A stretch of DNA of 42,234 bases, from the NCBI GenBank assembly GCA_051652765.1, contig JBOFUV010000048.1, forward strand, positions 1 through 42,234, written 5' to 3'. The position numbers and the translations under genes are program-made. Origin of the DNA: Microcoleaceae cyanobacterium. GTDB taxonomy: Bacteria; Cyanobacteriota; Cyanobacteriia; Cyanobacteriales; Microcoleaceae. Under the pieces are notes generated by a model. It saw nothing but the letters and a program-made list of their open reading frames with translations, was not told the DNA's origin and ran no database searches. This document shows positions 40,344 through 42,234 of this stretch, one piece after another; position 1 is the stretch's first letter; each line of letters starts with the position of its first letter.

Positions 40344-40922
40344 CTAAGTTGAAGATCCAGGAATGGTCTCAGGTTGAGGCATTTCAGCTTGGGGTTCTTC
40401 AATGCTTAGGTCTTCAATATTTAAATGGGTGGCGATCGCCTGAGAGCATGTCCAGTTCGTTGAGATCATCGAAGGCCATCCCATCCTTAGCGCTTCATAA
40501 CAAACGGTATGAATGGTCATCTGACAATCAAGCAAATGCGATCCAGACTTCTCCGCTTGCTTCATGCCAATTTTTGAGATGGAATCATTAGTAAACTCAA
40601 TGGTCTTATTGCACTGAACGCAGACCAAATGATGATGATGGTGCGGAAAAGGTTGATTAATCTCGTAGTGCTTATGACCCTCTGCCAACTCCAACTCTCG
40701 CAGGATTCCCATCCGAGCCATGAGCTTAAGGGTTCGATAAATTGTAGACAGGCTAATTGCCTCTTCCCGGCTTTTGAGCAAATTGTACAAGTCTTCCGCA
40801 CTCAGGTGATTGCCCCGAGGCAGATTTTGAAAGATATGGAGGATCGTCTCCCGTTGTGGGGTTAAGCGCCAACCTCGATTATTCAGTTCGGACTTAAAGG
40901 AGCCAGCCGTATAGAGTGCCAT
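40344..40922 (-). CDS. fur: Ferric uptake regulator, FurA-like
   Basis: ELN.RGWRLTPQRETILHIFQ, HLSAEDLY, SLSTIYRTLKLMARMG, HHHHHL.C..C. Confidence 0.92.
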   Translation of the reverse strand: MALYTAGSFKSELNNRGWRLTPQRETILHIFQNLPRGNHLSAEDLYNLLKSREEAISLSTIYRTLKLMARMGILRELELAEGHKHYEINQPFPHHHHHLVCVQCNKTIEFTNDSISKIGMKQAEKSGSHLLDCQMTIHTVCYEALRMGWPSMISTNWTCSQAIATHLNIEDLSIEEPQAEMPQPETIPGSST

Positions 40923-40948
40923 GATTCATTTCTCAAGAACTCCTGAAT

Positions 40949-41015
40949 ACTGACAATCATATCTGATTAGAGCCATGTTGTCAAAAAAGAAACTTATTGA
41001 GAATCAATTATTGAT
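40949..41015. promoter_or_regulatory. Fur-box-like half-sites upstream of fur (possible autoregulation)
   Basis: ATTGAGAATCAATTATTGAT and TGACAATCAT partly match TGANAATNATTNTCA. Confidence 0.4.
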
Positions 41016-41087
41016 ATCAAATTTGTTCAGTAGAAATTCGTGCAGTAGAGAAATCTAGGGCTCTCTTTCCCAGACTCTACACTTGAT

Positions 41088-42059
41088 TCATTGCTCTAAC
41101 TTTTCTCGCCCTTGATGAACGAGATTGTACAAATGTTCTGGCAGCCAGTGGTCATACTGGGGATAAACCGGAAGTCGGGGCATCAGTCCCCATCCGTGGG
41201 CCTTGAGATAGGCTTGAAGGGTCAGGTTGTCCGAATGAGTATAGTCCGGGTTGACTTCATCCCAAGGGCCAATTCCGCCGAGATCCCTAGCTCCAGCGTT
41301 GAGACAGGCCAACAAAATCTCAGGGTTTGAAATCAAATTAGGGGGAATTTGCAGGGTAATAGCTTCAGGCAAAAGAGAACGGGCGATCGCTACAACCTGG
41401 GGCAACTGATTCAAATCAAATCCTTGTCCTTGCCAAACTTGACGTTGACCCGGACTATGGGGCTGTAAAATCACCTCTTGAATGTGCCCCCAGCGTTGAT
41501 GAACTGCGGCAATGGTTGTCAAGGTTTCTTGCCAGTCGTTCTCAGTTTCCCCAATTCCTAAGAGCAGCCCAGTGGTGAACGGAATTCTCAGTTCTCCGGC
41601 CCATATCAGTTGTTGCAGCCGGATTTCAGGTGATTTGCTCGGGGCATGACGATGAACAGTCTCTAACAATTTAGGAGTCATCTGTTCCAGCATGAGACCC
41701 ATGGACACGTTGACCTGCTTGAGTCGGGCCATTTCCTCAAGCTTCAGGGGCCCAACATTCGTATGGGGCAAGAATCCTCGAGCTAGGGCCAGTTCACAGA
41801 GCTGATAAATCCGTTCAAACCAAGGAGCCCGCTGGGGGCTATGAAGCTGAACCTCACCACTTAAGATTAAAATTTCGATAATATTCTGGTTCTCTAAAGA
41901 GTCTAAAATCCCAGCAGCTTCTGCCAGGGACAATTGGGAACCTTGACCTAGATCAACTCGGAAGTTGCAGTAGCTACAGCGATTAAAGCATTCATAGGTA
42001 GGAACGAGAGTGTAGGCGGGACTATAGGTAATAGGATGGCAAGGAATTGGATAGGGCAT
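41088..42059 (-). CDS. cofG: FO synthase subunit CofG (radical SAM)
   Basis: ITYSPAYTLVPTYECFNRCSYCNF, LPHTN.G, SMGLMLEQ, PFTTGLLLGIGE, QIPPNL, DEVNP. Confidence 0.92.
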   Translation of the reverse strand: MPYPIPCHPITYSPAYTLVPTYECFNRCSYCNFRVDLGQGSQLSLAEAAGILDSLENQNIIEILILSGEVQLHSPQRAPWFERIYQLCELALARGFLPHTNVGPLKLEEMARLKQVNVSMGLMLEQMTPKLLETVHRHAPSKSPEIRLQQLIWAGELRIPFTTGLLLGIGETENDWQETLTTIAAVHQRWGHIQEVILQPHSPGQRQVWQGQGFDLNQLPQVVAIARSLLPEAITLQIPPNLISNPEILLACLNAGARDLGGIGPWDEVNPDYTHSDNLTLQAYLKAHGWGLMPRLPVYPQYDHWLPEHLYNLVHQGREKLEQ

Positions 42060-42111
42060 AATACATTAGATAAACTTATAGAGCATATGAGTAAAAGCTT
42101 TGTGATAGTTA

Positions 42112-42140
42112 TTTACAAAGCTCAACATTCCGCTTAATAT
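42112..42140 (+). promoter_or_regulatory. psbA promoter with overlapping HLR1-like repeat
   Basis: TTTACA-17 bp-TAATAT; TTTACAAA-GC-TCAACATT. Confidence 0.55.
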
Positions 42141-42207
42141 ATTGATATCGGGAGGAACAAAAGCCAACCGAAGCACCTTGAAAAATCCATAGCAATCATA
42201 CATACCA

Positions 42208-42234
42208 ATGACTACAACCATTCAACAGCGTGAA
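42208..42234 (+). CDS. psbA: Photosystem II D1 protein, 5' fragment cut by the window end
   Basis: MTTTIQQRE after a typical AATCATACATACC leader; only 9 codons are visible. Confidence 0.75.

Overview
Cyanobacterial chromosomal segment: about 28 HIP1 GCGATCGC octamers by eye, plus ftsH2, petM and the start of psbA at the right edge. It is mostly core genes: yvcK-like, pncB-nadD-nrtR with two NrtR boxes, a PAS/GAF histidine kinase, PBP1A, tyrS, holB, pepP, ftsH2, tRNA-Thr(CGT), an HDAC-family gene, ugd/uxs, mrdA, cysE, a PG-binding repeat protein, a furA-like gene and cofG. The most notable items are: (i) a chromosomal ParM-actin/ParR-like pair with no obvious centromere array (CorMR-type cytoskeleton candidate), followed by a coiled-coil gene; (ii) an origin/att-like structure at the left edge, made of a 67-bp direct repeat, nine TGGGGCA units and a perfect 32-bp palindrome; (iii) a divergent phosphoketolase/acetate kinase cluster carrying an atypical enolase; (iv) an alr1690/furA-like convergent locus with a one-directional terminator and a Fur lacking its C-terminal CXXC; (v) two MITEs, one abutting a start codon; (vi) small genes missed by the ORF track (petM, a 58-aa membrane protein) and recurrent 11-15-bp tandem repeats, one of them in-frame inside nadD. 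All calls come from motif recognition by eye; no database searches were run.
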